Of a DNA stretch of 64,000 nucleotides, positions 62,217 to 64,000 are shown in pieces. This DNA comes from an uncultured Acidobacteriota bacterium (lineage in GTDB: Bacteria; Acidobacteriota; Vicinamibacteria; Vicinamibacterales; 2-12-FULL-66-21): positions 372,012-436,011 of the forward strand of contig CAVOHG010000009.1 of assembly GCA_963695655.1 (NCBI GenBank), written 5' to 3'. The position numbers and the translations under genes are program-made. The notes under the pieces were generated by a model. That model had not been told where the DNA came from, searched no databases, and worked only from the letters and a program-made list of their open reading frames with translations. The number at the start of each line of letters is the position of its first letter. The stretch's first letter is position 1.

Positions 62217-62340
62217 ATCCACGAGACGACGCGCTCGAGGTTTTACGTTTTAGGTTTACGCGTTCTACGCCAGGTTTTACGTTCCAGGTTTCAGGTCTTG
62301 GTCGCGCGATCGGGGCTCGGGCGCTGGAACGTAAACCGCC
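62209..62340. repeat. GGTTTTACG-type tandem array with an inverted partner, between convergent genes
   Basis: Units are GGTTTTACG (62239), GGTTTACG (62253), CGTTCTACG (62261), GGTTTTACG (62273) and GGTTTCAGG (62287). GGTTTTACGTTCCAG (62273-62287) is complementary to CTGGAACGTAAACC (62324-62337). GCGTAAATCC, which spans the DUF2934 stop codon, is a further inverted copy. Confidence 0.8.
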
Positions 62341-62388
62341 GCGCGCGCTCAGGCTCGCCTCGCGCAGGGTCGAAGTTCCACGGCGGGG

Positions 62389-63471
62389 TCAGGCAACCGG
62401 CAGAGTGAAGTAGAACGTGCTTCCGTTGCCCGGGCTGCTTTCCGCCCAGATCCTGCCGCCGTGGCCCTGGACGATGCACTTCGAGATATACAAGCCGAGT
62501 CCCACGCCGCGCCGGTCGTTCGATTTCACCTGCACGAAGCGGCCGAACACCGCATCGAGCTTGTCTGCCGGAATCCCGACGCCCGTGTCGCTCACCGCGA
62601 ATCGCAGGTCGTCACCAGCCTGTTCGACACAGACGACCACACGCCCGCCCCTCGGCGTGAACTTGATCGCGTTGCTGAGGAGATTCGTGACGACCTGAAG
62701 GATCCGCGCGGCATCGAACCGGCCGGAGTATGTCGCTTGACCCGTCTCCGCGATCAAGGTGATCCCGTTCGCCTTCGCCTGCGCCTCGAACGTCTCCACC
62801 GCCTCGTTCACAATCGCGCCGGGGTCGGCGCGCTCACACGTGACCGCAAGCGCTCCGGTCTCGATCGTCGCGACATCGACGAGGTCACCGACCAGTCGAT
62901 TCATTCGCGCCGACGCCCGGCCGATCCGCTGGGCATGAAGCAGGACGGCGTCAACGTGATTGTCGCGCCGCACTTCGAGCGCAATGAGGCCGGCGGAGCC
63001 GCTGATCGCGTTCAGCATGTTTCGGAGATCGTGACCGACCATCCCCAGGAACTCGTCCCTCGTCTTCAGGACGTCATCGGACTTCGCACGTTCGCTCAGG
63101 AGGTCCTTGTCCGTTTCGCCGCGCTCGATCGATAACAGCCCCGCCTGCTCGGCCCGTTCGAGCCGGAGCGTTTCGTCGGCGTCGGCGCGCTCGTCCCGCA
63201 GCGTTTCGTCCGCAACCACCCGCTCGCTCTTGATCAGCGTCCGCGATTGCGCCGTCGCGCCGGCGGCGGCCGCCTGCCGGTCGGTGTGCTCCCGGGTTTC
63301 GGCCAGCACTTCGTCCGCCCGGGTGCGGGCACGGCTGATCACGGCATCGGCGGTCTCGTCGATCGCCGCGAGCTGCTCTTCGAGGGCATGGTCCGCCTTC
63401 TCACGTTCGAGGCGAAGGCTCTCGTCGGTCTGTGCCCGATCCTCGGCGTAACGACGGTTCTCAGGCGGCAT
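62389..63471 (-). CDS. Cytoplasmic sensor histidine kinase (HisKA + HATPase_c) with a repeat-rich coiled-coil N-terminus
   Basis: ORF 62389..63483(-); ATG 63471 is preferred over GTG 63483. It has the H-box FLGMVGHDLRNMLNAI, the N-box QVVTNLLSNAIKFTPRGG, G1 VSDTGVGIP and G2 GVGLGLYISKCIVQGHGGRIWAES. No TM helices are present. Confidence 0.88.
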   Translation of the reverse strand: MPPENRRYAEDRAQTDESLRLEREKADHALEEQLAAIDETADAVISRARTRADEVLAETREHTDRQAAAAGATAQSRTLIKSERVVADETLRDERADADETLRLERAEQAGLLSIERGETDKDLLSERAKSDDVLKTRDEFLGMVGHDLRNMLNAISGSAGLIALEVRRDNHVDAVLLHAQRIGRASARMNRLVGDLVDVATIETGALAVTCERADPGAIVNEAVETFEAQAKANGITLIAETGQATYSGRFDAARILQVVTNLLSNAIKFTPRGGRVVVCVEQAGDDLRFAVSDTGVGIPADKLDAVFGRFVQVKSNDRRGVGLGLYISKCIVQGHGGRIWAESSPGNGSTFYFTLPVA

Positions 63472-63668
63472 GGAGCCTCGCACTGTACCACTGACTGGGG
63501 AGCGGTTCGCACCTTGCTACCCGCCGGCGGCTCAACTCTGGCGGGCACAGCGGTGGCATTCTAGGGTGCAGACCTCGCACCGACCTGGTGCAAGGGGCAA
63601 CGTGTCCGACGAACGCCGCCATACGGCCGCAAACAGGGAACCGCCTGGCCCTGAAGCAGTTGCCGTGA

Positions 63669-64000
63669 TCAGTCGAAGAGCGGGTACTCGCTCCCCACCT
63701 GACCGCGCTGGAGCTGTGGTCGGGTGAGATGAGGAGAACGCGCAGCCCGGGCCTCTCGAATCGAGAGCGCCGGAGCGGCATGCACGGCGGGCTGAGCGGC
63801 GCGTTCCGTGCTCCTGAGCGCGCCAAACGCGGTCATCACAGGCGAATGATCCGAGGCCGCCGCAGCATCGACCACCCGACCGGTTGCGGTCGACATGTGC
63901 TTCCCGAAAATCCAGTCGATCGGCTGACGCTCTCCCTGCGACGTCGGCCCGCGGCCTTGCGCGTCGCCGAGCGCGTCGACGAACGAGGCCCGCGCGAGCG
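63669..64000 (-). CDS. Endonuclease/exonuclease/phosphatase (EEP) family protein, C-terminal part only (5' end beyond the window)
   Basis: The minus-strand frame is open to the window end: ..RQPIDWIFGKHMSTATGRVVDAAAASDHSPVMTAF.. (the terminal SDHxPV catalytic motif of EEP enzymes). The stop is at 63669. Confidence 0.6.
   Translation of the reverse strand, partial: LARASFVDALGDAQGRGPTSQGERQPIDWIFGKHMSTATGRVVDAAAASDHSPVMTAFGALRSTERAAQPAVHAAPALSIREARAARSPHLTRPQLQRGQVGSEYPLFD

Overview
High-GC bacterial chromosomal window. The ADOP-type duplicated FtsX permease at 56-58.5 kb suggests Acidobacteria (inference only). There are three blocks.

(1) 1-20879: a tightly packed 19-gene minus-strand Wzx/Wzy-type polysaccharide operon. 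It holds a UDP-2-acetamido-2,6-dideoxy-L-hexose module (CapE/FnlA-type dehydratase, RmlD-type reductase, 2-epimerase, WbuB-like GT). It also holds a CDP-hexose module (rfbF, rfbG, two paralogous sugar C-methyltransferases, RmlC-like epimerase, SDR reductase, CmcI-type methyltransferase). The rest are a flippase, a polymerase, GT2/GT4 enzymes, a DUF362 protein, a membrane CapD/PglF dehydratase and a kinase-less Wzz/GumC protein. Most junctions are ATGA/GTGA/TTGA start-stop overlaps.

(2) 20.9-37.2 kb: three secreted multidomain surface proteins. These are an FG-GAP propeller protein, a roughly 2,900-aa DMFase-like/DUF4082/Calx-beta giant, and a small FN3 protein. All three end in the same Ig-like C-terminal module; the two largest share about 500 aa of it. 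gmd is inserted between them.

(3) 37.2-64 kb: mixed housekeeping genes, namely lhgO, rmlD-like, degT, smpB, pdxA, ricT/PSP1, holB, PBP1A, a DUF1080 protein, a B12-radical SAM enzyme, an LLM oxidoreductase, adk, a PAP2-like protein, an ADOP permease, a GAF-fused alpha-glucan phosphorylase, a DUF2934 protein, a cytoplasmic histidine kinase and an EEP-family fragment.

Two non-genic signals stand out. First, dozens of single-base frame breaks occur downstream of 20.9 kb (17 genes affected, densest in the paralogous modules), against only one in the 20.9-kb operon. Second, four intergenic spacers are each filled by a private short motif in tandem arrays; three of the four also carry it in inverted orientation. 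No rRNA, tRNA, CRISPR, transposase or integrase was seen. All calls rest on reading the translations; no database search was run.
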